Assembly: GCA_965218695.1 (NCBI GenBank)
Contig: OZ244651.1
Location: 928,001-992,000 of the forward strand
Source of the DNA: Nitrosopumilus sp.
GTDB lineage: Archaea > Thermoproteota > Nitrososphaeria > Nitrososphaerales > Nitrosopumilaceae
DNA: 64,000 nucleotides
Direction: 5' to 3'
The notes under the pieces are model-generated. The model did no database searches. It was given only the letters and a program-made list of their open reading frames with translations, and was not told the origin of the DNA. Position numbers and translations under genes: made by a program. Of the stretch, positions 43,482-55,099 are shown piece by piece (position 1 is the first letter of the stretch; each line of letters begins with the position of its first letter).

Positions 43482-45401
43482 TTGTTGGCAGGCTTTGAGT
43501 TCACCCCGACCCCAGAGCAGACTGCCGAATCCAACATGTTCGGATTCATGCAGAGGCACGGAATATCAAATCTGGAGGATCTGTCTGTCATGGCTGCAGG
43601 CAACCCCGAGTGGTTCTGGGAGGCAGTAGGCCAAGACATCGGGATAGTCTGGGATTCCCCATACTCTGAGATACTTGACTCCTCCAATGGAGCCATGTGG
43701 TCCCGTTGGTTTGTCGGGGGCAGGACCAACATATACGGATCCTCTGTCGGGAGGTTTGCGCAGTCGAATCCGCAAAGCACCGCATACACGTTCGTCTCAG
43801 AAAGCGGTATGTCGTCTGAACTGACATATGCCGAACTGGACAGAAAGGTGTCTGCCCTTGCAAACGGCCTGCGCAGCATCGGGGTGGGGCCTGGGGACGT
43901 GGTTGCCATATACATGCCGATGATCCCCGAGGCGATACTTGCAATCCTTGCATCGGCTAGAATCGGCGCAGTCCAGACTGTCATATTCTCAGGGTACGGT
44001 GCCGAATCCCTTCACGTGCGGCTCTGTGACTGCAATGCCAAGGTGCTCTTTGTGTGCGACGGCTTCCAGAGGAGGGGAAGGCAGGTATCTGCAAAGGATA
44101 CCGTCATGCAGTCAGTCCGAAATACCGCAGTGGAGAGGATCATCGTGGTGCCGTACATGGGAATTGACAGGTACGCACCCTCCGACGGAACGACGCCCTA
44201 TGATGATCTGATCTCATCGCGGGGGGGCGGGTGCCCCACTCAGAGCATGGACTCTGAGGATCCGCTATTCATCCTGTACACCTCGGGCACCACCGGAAGG
44301 CCCAAGGGCGTGGTTCACGCGCACGGGGGGTTTTCAGTCTTTGCAGGCTACCAGTCCGCATACCTGACTGACATGCACAGAACCGACACCCTCTTCTGGC
44401 CTGCCGACATTGGCTGGATTACGGGCCTCGTGTGGAACGTCTACGGACTTTTGCTGACCGGCGCGTCTGCCGTAATTTATGACGGCGCCCTGGACTTTCC
44501 CGACGCCGGAAGGACATGGCAGATACTCTCTGAAACGCAGGCAACCATATTTGGAACATCGCCCACGGCAGCCAAGATGCTCAGACGCAGTAACATGCCG
44601 CCTCCAAGACTGGACCATCTAAGAGTCATTGCCACCACCGGGGAGCCACTTGACGAGGAGTCGTGGTGGTGGCTCTTTGAGAGGGTGGGGAGAAGGCAGA
44701 TTCCAATAGCGAACCTGTCCGGGGGAACCGAGATTGGCGGCGCGATGCTGTCTGTCCTTCCGGGAATGAGCATCAAGCCATCCACGGTGGGCGTCCCGAT
44801 ACCCGGCATGAGCCTTGACTCGGTGGACGAGCAGGGACGACCGGTCAGGGGCAAAAACGGATACCTTGTAGTCAGATCCCCGTGGCCTGCAATGACCAGG
44901 GGCCTGCTCAATGACGACTCGCGGTACATCGAGACCTACTGGTCCAAGTTTAAAGATGTCTGGTTTCATGGCGACTACGTCCTTGTGGATGCAGACGGCC
45001 TGTGGTACATGCGAGGAAGGACAGACGATGTCATAAACGTCTCGGGGCACCGGATGAGCACTGCAGAGATAGAGGATTCTGTACTGTCTCATCCGGGGGT
45101 CTCTGATGTGGCATCCGTTGCCGTTCCCGACGAACTGACCGGCCAGGCAGTGGTGGTGTTTGTCGTGGCAGAAGAAGACGGGCTGGAGACAGAGATTGGA
45201 GACATGGTGGCACGCCGAATCGGCAAGATTGCAAGACCGCGGATGGTCATACGTGTGTCTGATCTGCCGCGAACCCGAACCGGAAAGATACTAAGGCGCG
45301 TGCTGTGCTCAAAGCTGCTTGCACAAGACCCCGGCGACCTGTCATCCCTTGAGAATCCACATGTCCTAGACGAGATTCCGCACTTGACGGATCTTGCATG
45401 A
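43482..45401 (+). CDS. AMP-forming acyl-CoA synthetase (acetyl-CoA synthetase-like)
   Basis: YTSGTTGRPKG, ADIGWITG, GRTDDVINVSGHR and PRTRTGKILRR motifs. Confidence 0.92.
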   Translation: MLAGFEFTPTPEQTAESNMFGFMQRHGISNLEDLSVMAAGNPEWFWEAVGQDIGIVWDSPYSEILDSSNGAMWSRWFVGGRTNIYGSSVGRFAQSNPQSTAYTFVSESGMSSELTYAELDRKVSALANGLRSIGVGPGDVVAIYMPMIPEAILAILASARIGAVQTVIFSGYGAESLHVRLCDCNAKVLFVCDGFQRRGRQVSAKDTVMQSVRNTAVERIIVVPYMGIDRYAPSDGTTPYDDLISSRGGGCPTQSMDSEDPLFILYTSGTTGRPKGVVHAHGGFSVFAGYQSAYLTDMHRTDTLFWPADIGWITGLVWNVYGLLLTGASAVIYDGALDFPDAGRTWQILSETQATIFGTSPTAAKMLRRSNMPPPRLDHLRVIATTGEPLDEESWWWLFERVGRRQIPIANLSGGTEIGGAMLSVLPGMSIKPSTVGVPIPGMSLDSVDEQGRPVRGKNGYLVVRSPWPAMTRGLLNDDSRYIETYWSKFKDVWFHGDYVLVDADGLWYMRGRTDDVINVSGHRMSTAEIEDSVLSHPGVSDVASVAVPDELTGQAVVVFVVAEEDGLETEIGDMVARRIGKIARPRMVIRVSDLPRTRTGKILRRVLCSKLLAQDPGDLSSLENPHVLDEIPHLTDLA

Positions 45402-45542
45402 GGCAGCCCTGCATGGAATGATCCAGATTGCTGCAGATCGTATTGCCTCAGAGGGGATCCCCTGGGAGCCGTCTCAGGAATGCCGTCGTCATGAAGTGCT
45501 TGGTGTGCTGCAGATACGTGCGGATTCGGGATTCATCATGGA

Positions 45543-46793
45543 TCAGTCTGCGTGCTGTCGTCCATCGTCATCCATCCTTCTCCGGATGTTCGCTGCCATC
45601 ATGGGTAGAAACGCGCCCACGTCAGTTACGATCCCCAGTGCCTGCCACGTTCCCCGATCCATCAGCTTTGTGACTGTCGGCTGGCTGATATCAACTACAA
45701 TCACCTTGACGTTGGCAGGCAGCATGTTTCCGGTTGCGATGGAGTGGAGCATTGTGGATATCATTATCACCACGTCTGCGCCCTTGAGGATCTTCTTGTA
45801 TTTTCGCTGCGCCTCGACTATGTCGACTGTCACGTCGGGGAGTGGCCCGTCATCCCGGATTGAGGCTGCCAGGGCAAACGGGACATTGTTCTGTATGCAC
45901 TCGTACATTATTCCCCTTGTCAGCACTCCTGACCTCACCATCTCTGCAATCGAGCCTGCCTTGAACACGGCATTGACTGCATCCATGTGGTTTCTGTGCC
46001 CGTGGTGTGCCAGGGAGGCATCATGAACATTCATCCCAAGCGACGTCCCGAGCGTGGCATACTCTATGTCGTGTACTGCAAGTGCGTTTCCTGCAAGGAT
46101 TCCGTCTATGAATCCCAGCCGTATCATCTCGGCTACGGTATCTGCAGCTCCCGTGTGGACTATTGCGGGTCCTCCCACTACTACCACCCTGCCGCCTGCC
46201 TTTTTGGTATCGTATATGTCGTCTGCCACCTTTCTTGCAATGTGCTGGGTCGGCCTCTCACTCGAGCTTGAACTTCCCATGAACTCAAAGATGTTGCCCC
46301 CCTCCCTTGGACGCTCAGGCGGCGTGATCTTTATCCCGTCCTCGCCTACCACTATCAGGTCTCCCTTTCTTACATCCCTGACCGGGATGCAGGATGCCGC
46401 ACCGTTTTGCATCCGGATGCACTTGTCCATCATCATGTTGTCCACTGCAACCCACCTCCCGTCATGAAAGACTTCGGTGTCGTTGTTTGTCGTGCTGTAA
46501 AAGTTATCGGGCATGACGCAGTCCTTTGGCGATTCTGCCAGCCTTGTCTCCTTTCGAATCTTGGAGACTGCCCCCACCCTGTGAATCTCCTCTAGGAGCA
46601 TCTCAAGATGCTTCTTGTCCCTGCCGGTCACGCGCAACCTGACATAGGACTTGTCCGTCTTTCTCTTTCCGATGTTGATCTCCTGAATCTGAAAGTCTCC
46701 CTGAAGGTTGATTATACTCTCAAAGATGCTGCTCATTATCATGGAGTCAATCAGATGACCGCTTGCCTCGACTTCTTCAGAAAATCCGTCCAA
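45543..46793 (-). CDS. LOR/SDH-family (TIGR00300-like) protein, putative ornithine cyclodeaminase
   Basis: GHLIDS, FYSTTN, GGPAIVHTG, GNALAVHDIE, SIRDDGPLP and MLHSIATGN motifs. Confidence 0.88.
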   Translation of the reverse strand: MDGFSEEVEASGHLIDSMIMSSIFESIINLQGDFQIQEINIGKRKTDKSYVRLRVTGRDKKHLEMLLEEIHRVGAVSKIRKETRLAESPKDCVMPDNFYSTTNNDTEVFHDGRWVAVDNMMMDKCIRMQNGAASCIPVRDVRKGDLIVVGEDGIKITPPERPREGGNIFEFMGSSSSSERPTQHIARKVADDIYDTKKAGGRVVVVGGPAIVHTGAADTVAEMIRLGFIDGILAGNALAVHDIEYATLGTSLGMNVHDASLAHHGHRNHMDAVNAVFKAGSIAEMVRSGVLTRGIMYECIQNNVPFALAASIRDDGPLPDVTVDIVEAQRKYKKILKGADVVIMISTMLHSIATGNMLPANVKVIVVDISQPTVTKLMDRGTWQALGIVTDVGAFLPMMAANIRRRMDDDGRQHAD

Positions 46794-46841
46794 TTTACTC
46801 TCCTTTAAACGAGTCTAACTAAAGGTTTACGTTGCTTTGAA

Positions 46842-47189
46842 TCATACCGGCAGGATTACCTTGCCTTCAAACCTTTCTATGCCGTCTGAGCGGAACGTCT
46901 TTTCCAGCGCCTCCTTTTGCTGTTCCGTGACGCCCTGCACTATCGTCTTTGAGGCTCCGCTTTTGTCCACCAGCGCAAGTATGTATCCGCTGTTGTCAGT
47001 CAGGACGAACCCTGAGGACTCGTCTACAAACGCGTACAGGTTCTCCTCGCCGACCGGCTCCCAGACGCCTGATTTTGTATCTGCCAGTGCCAGTGCAGGC
47101 ATCGCCTTGCCCCCCGTGAGTCCGTTGAGATACTCCCTTGCAGATGCGACGCGCTTTTGTCCGGTCTTCAGAGCCACAAAGTACTGCAT
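46842..47189 (-). CDS. Hypothetical protein
   Basis: 115-aa ORF with core-like codon usage and an upstream TATA-like TTTTTATAAT. Confidence 0.75.
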   Translation of the reverse strand: MQYFVALKTGQKRVASAREYLNGLTGGKAMPALALADTKSGVWEPVGEENLYAFVDESSGFVLTDNSGYILALVDKSGASKTIVQGVTEQQKEALEKTFRSDGIERFEGKVILPV

Positions 47190-47234
47190 GACTCCAAGGC
47201 GCCCTCATTATTATAAAAAGTCTTACAGCAGATG

Positions 47235-48975
47235 GGTTCTCCTGCATCATCGGTTGGTGGCACAAATTCAGGATCTTCTCCAGATTTACTTGCCTGTTTT
47301 ACGCACCGTTATGCCATTCCCCATTAAATCATAATTCCTCTAGGGAGAATCTGCCAGTTGTGATGGATAATCCCAGTCATTGCCATGACATGCATTGATG
47401 GGACATCCATCACGCCAAGGCCAGTCTGGGCTACGTGTGTCGCTGCCGTTGCTACAGCTGCCGTTGCTACTGCTGCTGCTGCGACTACGCTGCTGCTGCA
47501 GCAGCTGCTGCATTACTGATGAGGGTGATCTGCTTGTCCGTTCCAGATATGACGATCCCTGCGGCCTCTGCGGGTGTAATTTTGCCAATGCCGCCATGGG
47601 GGCGGAAAAAGTTGTGGTGGACGATCATCAGCCGCACAAGCGCGGGACTTTCTGTCCCGAACTCGCGGGCGGTCTTGATGCGATCCTTGAATTTGCCGTT
47701 AAGCCTCTCGTGCTTGTTGTTATGACTGAAGCGGTTCTTCAGGTGAATCTCCCGGACGTGGATCAGCCTGAAGCCGTTGCGTCTCCAAAACGCCCTGCGG
47801 GCGGCAGGACAAAACGCCTGCAGGCCGTCTGTTACCAGCACCCACGGGGTGGTTCCGGCCAGATTCCTTGCGGCTGCAAACAGGGGGGCGGGTCTGTAGT
47901 TGAGTTTTGTCTCAGACACGTCATGGGACAGTATGAACCTGCTGGCGCCGTCCATGACGGCAAAAAGCCACCGCGCCTGCGCGCGAACCTTGAAATGTAT
48001 CTCGTCGCAGTGCCACTTGTAGCTCGTGCGCGGCTGCAGCCGCCTTGAATATTCATCCATCAGCGTCGAATAATGTGCAGTCCACCTGTATATCGTGCTT
48101 GAATGCACGGTTGTTCCGTCCTGTGCCATCACTGCCTGCACCGCAGCGCAGGACAGCCCGTACGCTGCCTCCCTGAGTGCCCGGGATATCGCCTCTGGGC
48201 CGGCATGGCGCTTCTTGAAGCCCGGCCGTCCGGAGAATGTCCGGCCGCACGGCTTACACCGGTACCGCCGGATCGGCCCGTACGCGTTGTGTCGGTGCCC
48301 GTTGCGTGCAAACACAGTCGACTTGCAATGGTGGCATGCAGTCTGAGGCATGCTAATGACAATTGTATTTTGGTTCCTGCACCGGTCCCACATCCGGCCA
48401 AGCAACACGTCCACTGCCCGCACGTGCTTGCACAGGCCGTCACAATTGACGTAATGCTGGCACGCGCATACAAACCCGGCAGAGCCAAGAATCACCAGAT
48501 ACCACAGTCCTGGAATAGACTGCGATGCCACATTCCATCGTCTGAGACTTGTCATCCTCACCTGCTTTGGGTCGTTGCTGATCACCTGTCCCTGCCTTGC
48601 CGCCGTTTTGGCGCGTTTTGCCCTGTTCATAAATAAACCAATTGGTATTATTACATAGATCTTTCTACCAGTCTTAAATAACAGGCAGCTAAAAAAAATT
48701 CATGACCCAGTGGGCCAAAGACGCCAAGGAATTTACCGTTTCTGTGATCAAAAACGAGAAGCGTCTGACAAACTACAGCTACATACCAAAACCGATACTT
48801 GAAATGCTTGGCAATCCCGACAAACTAAAGTTTGTGTAACTGCATAGTTTTTTGATCAAATGTTGAACTCCATGCCTACGCCATTTCCGGTGATGACATA
48901 ATGGTGCGCAGGCCAGACGAGTGAATCTGGAGAAGATCCTGATTTTGTGTCACCAACCGATGATGCAGGAGAACC
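47235..48975 (-). mobile_element. IS6-like element with SWIM/Zn-ribbon DDE transposase (47485..48630) and long TIRs
   Basis: TIR GGTTCTCCTGCATCATCGGTTGGTG(G/A)CACAAA(T/A)TCAGGATCTTCTCCAGATT..; TSD CAGCAGATG at 47226-34 and 48976-84; CxC..CKH, CxxC pairs, WHCDE, TDG and ERLNG motifs. Confidence 0.9.
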
Positions 48976-49215
48976 CAGCAGATGCCAGGGAATCATGCCC
49001 AAAAATTCCCAGTCACACTCACCCGTACGAGTCTGCAATAACTGCCATGCAGTCTTTATTCCGTGGATGCCTTGGTGCGCGCCACCGTTTTGAATACCGG
49101 ACAGGCCGGGAAGAGGGTGCACGGTTGAGCTGCAACCGTTTGCGCACACTCCTGCCAGAGGCAACGCCGGAGGATTCGCCAAAATTATACTTATGTGAAT
49201 GCGTTCACAAAAAGT

Positions 49216-49545
49216 ATGATGCGGATAATTGATGTTCCCGATGCCCAAAGGGTGGATCGCAGTCCTGACGACGTTGAGGTCATGCTCTCTTCAGGCGGCT
49301 TTGTACAGGACGGGTTTGAAGTGCGCCGGGTTGAACTGCGTCTATACCAGACAGGCCAGGCACATGGCACCTACTCCATCATAACGTCCTTTGTGGATAC
49401 TGACAGGGGTTCAATCGAGATGGTCTATGACGAGGGATACCGGGGAGAAGAGCCCCTTGCAGGAGCAGTAGCGTTTCTTACATCGCAGATGGGACTGTCC
49501 GCTCTGATTCTCCGCTCGATCATTGCAATCGGCTCAAGGCTGTGA
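49216..49545 (+). CDS. Hypothetical protein
   Basis: 109-aa ORF MMRIIDVPD.. with core-like composition. Confidence 0.7.
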   Translation: MMRIIDVPDAQRVDRSPDDVEVMLSSGGFVQDGFEVRRVELRLYQTGQAHGTYSIITSFVDTDRGSIEMVYDEGYRGEEPLAGAVAFLTSQMGLSALILRSIIAIGSRL

Positions 49546-50217
49546 GGGAACCTGGCAACACTCCGGATTGACTCTCTGGATGAATTCCACTGCATCTGCC
49601 AATGCCGTCCTTCCAGACAGGTCTGGTTAGCTATGGGTGCTGCACATGCCGTAGACCTGTGGCACTAAACTGCCTTCCATGTTCCAGACATATTTTGCTA
49701 GCCAGCCGGTCTTGGCATCGTCGGCCGTCAAGACGCGTTCGGGTTCCAACACGTAGTACAGCAGTCGTACTGCGGGGCCATGCTGCCCAAGCCAGTCTTG
49801 ACGGCGCACGGGTCTCCAATATCCGTGATTATCCCCAACACTGTATTCGGGATGGGGTCCGGGGTGTACTGCTGAACCAGATTGTACTGTCGTTGATCGC
49901 GTCTCTTTACAGTCATTAGGAGGTGCCTCGATCTGCCGATCCATATCTTTTGTGATTAGGAAGTATATGCCTCTAGGACATGCCGGCCGTTAGGGCGTTG
50001 TCCACATTTTGATAATCCAGTCTCCTTTTACGCTATTTTTGGCTCGTGTTGGTATCTTGAATCGTAACCCTGAAGGGGTTTTTGACACTGCCCAGCTTAC
50101 AATTTGTCATTTTGAACTGTTCTCATCATGTGGTGCATGGCATCCGCTGGAACCGGAAACCGGCATTCTGCCCCTGCCGGAGCCCTATGCTATCAGGTTA
50201 TAGCAGATGCTTCTCAG

Positions 50218-51389
50218 AGACATCATCCGTAATTGGGCATAATCACGAGATTGGACGCATTGCAGGACAAATCTGGCTGACTGCATGGAATTGCATGTCA
50301 ATTCGAACTTGCCCGATGATCAAAACTATACGTCAGCCGTGTTTTATTCTGATTGCCAATGTCAAAGCATGTCATTATACGACAAATTAGCAAAAAAGCC
50401 CAAACTGTTCATCCGGTGCACTGGACTGACAGTCTCCGAATTTAATTTGGTGGCAGGGCGGCTGGCAAAAAAATACCCCAAGGCAGAGCAAAAGCGACTC
50501 GCCAAAAGAAGCAGGGTGCGCGGCATTGGTGCCGGACGCAGGTGGAAACTGGATCTGAAAAACAGGTTTCTTCTGGTCCTGTTTTATTACAGGACATACG
50601 CTACGCAGGATCTTCTTGCCATGGTGTTTCAGATGGGCCAGGCTAGCGTGTCCCGCAGCATGGGGGCACTGGAGCCGTCGATCCGGCAGTGCGTTCCGCT
50701 TCCGTCAAAGATCTACGCCAACATCAAGGCCACCAAGACGCTTGACGATCTTGAGGAGATCATTCCGGGCCTGACTGCCCTGATTGATGCCTCAGAGCAG
50801 CAGATACAACGTCCCGGACGCAAGGACATGGAACGGTCCCACTACTCGGGCAAGGCACACAGGCACACGTCCAAGATCCAGTACACGTCGGCCACAGATG
50901 GCCTCATCATTCACAAGACCCGGCATTCCCCGGGCAGGATCCACGACTTTGCAGTATTCAAAAAGAAACACCCGACATTCCCTGACAACCTTCCACGCAA
51001 GGACGGGAGCAAGGACAAGGAAAGGATCAAAGTCAGAGAGATCCTGGACAACGGATACCAGGGGATCAACAAAGAATTTCCTGACCGGGATGCAGTAGTG
51101 CCGTACAAGAAGCAAAAAGGCGCAGAATTGTCCCCCGAGCAGAAGGAATTCAACAAAAAGCACTCAAAGGCACGGGTGTATGTGGAGCACGCCATCCGCA
51201 GGGTCAAACGGTTTCGCATAATGAGCGGTGTCTACCGAAACCGCCTGAAAAAATACGACACCGTCAATGACATCGTCTGCGGATTTGCCAACCTCAGGGT
51301 TCTCCTAGTCCGGGAAGCAACCTGATAGGAGTCAAAAAACCTACACAGTATAGGAAAATATGTACAATTTCTAATTACGGATTATGTCT
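50218..51389 (+). mobile_element. IS5-family (ISL2-like) element, copy 1 (transposase 50285..51325)
   Basis: 1172 bp; TIR AGACAT(C/A)ATCCGTAATT; 3-bp TSD CAG; IDASE, YSGK, DNGYQG and RVYVEHAI motifs. Confidence 0.93.
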
Positions 51390-52030
51390 CAGGATGACCT
51401 GGAGCCTCTGCATGGGAAACGTCTTTGCGGCCACGACAGAACCAAACCTCTCCTTCATGGACGAGAACACGGACTCGACGAGGCTGCGCTGGTGGTACAC
51501 CTTCTCGAATCCTTCCTGATCTTGTCTGAACCAGCGGAGCATCTCTGCCCTAGGATTGAAGCCCTTTGCGGTGTGGTTCTTGCGAGGCCAGATCACCGGT
51601 TTTCTGCCGCTGTCGTAGATCATCTTGCAGTTGGCGTGCGCGTCATACGCCGAATCCAGCATGACGTGCCCGTCGCCGTCTGGCGTGCGGGCAAACATCT
51701 TTCTGAATATCGGCGAATCGTGGGCAAGTCCGGGTGTCACCATGCATGCGGCGATCCTTCCGTGCGGGGCTACCAGTATGTGCAGCTTGACGAACTGACG
51801 CCTGGGGATGATGCCCTTCTTGGCATCCTCCCAGTCGGCGTAGATGTTGATGGAGGATCCGGTCGCATCCCCAAGGAGCGAGGCGTGCGCGTCGCTCCCT
51901 GCCTGTCTTGGGATCACCCCCATCAGCATCTCCTGTTGCTCTGCCAGATGTTTGGCTGCCGCATGCAGGCACGATTTGGACGGAACGGTTTTAAGCCGCA
52001 GACGTGCAGTGAACCTGGGTTGGCCTCAAG

Positions 52031-53202
52031 AGACATAATCCGTAATTAGAAATTGTACATATTTTCCTATACTGTGTAGGTTTTTTGACTCCTATCAGGT
52101 TGCTTCCCGGACTAGGAGAATCCTGAGGTTGGCAAATCCGCAGACGATGTCATTGACGGTGTCGTATTTTTTCAGGCGGTTTCGGTAGACACCGCTCATT
52201 ATGCGAAACCGTTTGACCCTGCGGATGGCGTGCTCCACATACACCCGTGCCTTTGAGTGCTTTTTGTTGAATTCCTTCTGCTCGGGGGACAATTCTGCGC
52301 CTTTTTGCTTCTTGTACGGCACTACTGCATCCCGGTCAGGAAATTCTTTGTTGATCCCCTGGTATCCGTTGTCCAGGATCTCTCTGACTTTGATCCTTTC
52401 CTTGTCCTTGCTCCCGTCCTTGCGTGGAAGGTTGTCAGGGAATGTCGGGTGTTTCTTTTTGAATACTGCAAAGTCGTGGATCCTGCCCGGGGAATGCCGG
52501 GTCTTGTGAATGATGAGGCCATCTGTGGCCGACGTGTACTGGATCTTGGACGTGTGCCTGTGTGCCTTGCCCGAGTAGTGGGACCGTTCCATGTCCTTGC
52601 GTCCGGGACGTTGTATCTGCTGCTCTGAGGCATCAATCAGGGCAGTCAGGCCCGGAATGATCTCCTCAAGATCGTCAAGCGTCTTGGTGGCCTTGATGTT
52701 GGCGTAGATCTTTGACGGAAGCGGAACGCACTGCCGGATCGACGGCTCCAGTGCCCCCATGCTGCGGGACACGCTAGCCTGGCCCATCTGAAACACCATG
52801 GCAAGAAGATCCTGCGTAGCGTATGTCCTGTAATAAAACAGGACCAGAAGAAACCTGTTTTTCAGATCCAGTTTCCACCTGCGTCCGGCACCAATGCCGC
52901 GCACCCTGCTTCTTTTGGCGAGTCGCTTTTGCTCTGCCTTGGGGTATTTTTTTGCCAGCCGCCCTGCCACCAAATTAAATTCGGAGACTGTCAGTCCAGT
53001 GCACCGGATGAACAGTTTGGGCTTTTTTGCTAATTTGTCGTATAATGACATGCTTTGACATTGGCAATCAGAATAAAACACGGCTGACGTATAGTTTTGA
53101 TCATCGGGCAAGTTCGAATTGACATGCAATTCCATGCAGTCAGCCAGATTTGTCCTGCAATGCGTCCAATCTCGTGATTATGCCCAATTACGGATGATGT
53201 CT
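52031..53202 (-). mobile_element. IS5-family (ISL2-like) element, copy 2 (transposase 52095..53135)
   Basis: 1172 bp, near-identical to copy 1; 3-bp TSD AAG. Confidence 0.93.
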
Positions 53203-53636
53203 AAGGTACGAGACGTGTTCCCGGTACGAGTTGCCGCGAAACTCCTTGTCCATGAGGCAGATCAAGTAGGAGATCATGCGCCGGTCCTTGTCGGACTCGG
53301 GTTTGCAGATCTCGTACAGGGTGGTGATAAGGGAGAGGATGCCGATTGATACTCGTTTCCCCTCTCCACTCCTTCGTATCTCGTATTCCTTGCTGTAGCC
53401 TTTCGGCCGTACCCATTTCTTCTTGTTTTTCTTGTCTCTGTTTTTCTTGTCTCTGTTCTTTGCCTTCCTCTTTTTCCTGTTGGAATTCATTAATTGTGGA
53501 CGGGATCGGTGATCCAAAACTTTTCTGATGCCTGACGCTGATGATCTTTAAGCTTATCGACGGTTTTTTGACGAAGGTGTGGACAACGCCCGGCCGTTAG
53601 CATATTATTAAATAGAACATACTATTCACACAACCT

Positions 53637-54983
53637 ATGAAAGCAGTAATGTCTATGATGATTATAACCGTGCTCCTGTTTTCTGTTGTTATGCCATACC
53701 ATGCCAATGCCCAAGAAGATCCTGTGAGAATCGACGGGGCCGGCGCGTCATTTGCGTTTCCGTTGATGGATCTGTGGCGGGTACAGTATGCCGAGATACA
53801 TCCTGAAGTACAACTGAACTACCAGTCTATCGGCAGCGGCGGCGGTGTCACACAACACATCAAAAAGACGATAAACTTTGCAGCGTCCGACGTGCCCCTG
53901 CGGGAATCCGAATACGGACACGCGCCCGGCACAATCACCATTCCCTCGATGATCGGTGCAGTCTCTCTAGCTTATAACGTTCCAGGCGTGGATTCTGGAA
54001 TCAAGATCACGTCTGAGGCGCTGTGCCAAATGCACTTGGGAAATATCCAATCTTGGAACGATCCGATGATTGCCGATGTAAACCCTGACTTGGAAATTCC
54101 TGACCAAGACATTGTCACAGTACACCGGGCTGATGGCTCTGGCACGACGTTTGCGTTTACCAGCTATCTTACCAAGGTGTGTCCTGAATGGGATGAAAAG
54201 ATAGGCGCAGGCAAGAGCGTTCCATGGCCGGTGGGACTTGGGGCCCCGGGCAACGAGGGCGTCGCAGGATTAGTATCCACCACATCCGGGGCAATAGGAT
54301 ATGTCACGCTTGCTTATGCCTTCCAGAACGATCTCGCCATTGCAGCCATCGAGAACGGCGACGGCACAAACTTTGTGCTGCCGACATTGGAGAGTGCGTC
54401 TGACGCATCCAGGGGAGTGGCATGCAGTCATACTTCAGGAGACCTGCAGGTGCAGTGTCTGGAGGATTCATCTGATCCATGGGATATAGTTCACGATCAC
54501 TTTTCCCACGCGGGCTTGCCTCATGCATCTGACAGCTGGACAGAAGTCGATCTGCTGACAGCACCTGAAGAAAATTCATACCCCATTACCAGCTTCTCAT
54601 ACATCCTGTTGCATCCTGATCTGAGTGGTTCGGTGGACGACTATGACCATGCCGTAGAGGTTATCGATCTCATCGCTTGGATGATAACTGACGGGCAAGA
54701 GTACAACGCCGAGCTGCTTTACGTGCCAATTCCTGCACCCGTGGCTAATCTTGGGCTAGAGGGACTGGCATCCATTACATATGATGGTCAGTCGGTCTTT
54801 ATGATACCTGACGATCATCTTAATGACCACGATACAATGGAATCCGAAGGGGATCACAAAATTCCGGAATGGATACAGATCGTATTCAAGCTCTATGGGG
54901 ATGGACTGGTATCTGATGACGAACTGATCAACGCAATCACGTTTCTAATAGAGCAGGACGTTATCAAGCTGGGCTCTCACTAG
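53637..54983 (+). CDS. pstS: Phosphate ABC transporter substrate-binding protein with thaumarchaeal C-terminal domain
   Basis: GAGASF, YQSIGSGGG, FAASD, HRADGSGTT and GNEGVA motifs; C-terminal IPEWI..GLVSDDELINAITFLI. Confidence 0.92.
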   Translation: MKAVMSMMIITVLLFSVVMPYHANAQEDPVRIDGAGASFAFPLMDLWRVQYAEIHPEVQLNYQSIGSGGGVTQHIKKTINFAASDVPLRESEYGHAPGTITIPSMIGAVSLAYNVPGVDSGIKITSEALCQMHLGNIQSWNDPMIADVNPDLEIPDQDIVTVHRADGSGTTFAFTSYLTKVCPEWDEKIGAGKSVPWPVGLGAPGNEGVAGLVSTTSGAIGYVTLAYAFQNDLAIAAIENGDGTNFVLPTLESASDASRGVACSHTSGDLQVQCLEDSSDPWDIVHDHFSHAGLPHASDSWTEVDLLTAPEENSYPITSFSYILLHPDLSGSVDDYDHAVEVIDLIAWMITDGQEYNAELLYVPIPAPVANLGLEGLASITYDGQSVFMIPDDHLNDHDTMESEGDHKIPEWIQIVFKLYGDGLVSDDELINAITFLIEQDVIKLGSH

Positions 54984-55099
54984 GCCCCGCATCTTGCAGT
55001 TATGTGCCCTCACTGATGTATCCAAAGACACGGCTATGCTGAATATTTGAGTCCTCTTGGCGCGGCTGCCACCTCGGATAAATGATCCTCGATCAAGGG

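Larger units (their letters stand above)
49993..53591 (-). mobile_element. IS5-family host element, disrupted by two ISL2-like insertions and a frameshift
   Basis: TIR GGGCGTTGTCCACA; TSD GGCCGTTA (8-10 bp depending on end choice); ORF pieces ~53490-53203, 52030-51390 (LDSAYD, YHQRSLVESVFS) and 50217-50185 (RSICYNLIA*). Confidence 0.85.

Noticed and set aside
49627-49944. Overlapping short ORFs next to the IS5 host element
   Set aside because: Likely a frameshifted transposase N-terminal relic, but too degraded to call
50218-53202. Composite transposon formed by the inverted IS5-family pair
   Set aside because: Each copy has its own TSD, and the enclosed DNA is part of the host transposase gene rather than cargo
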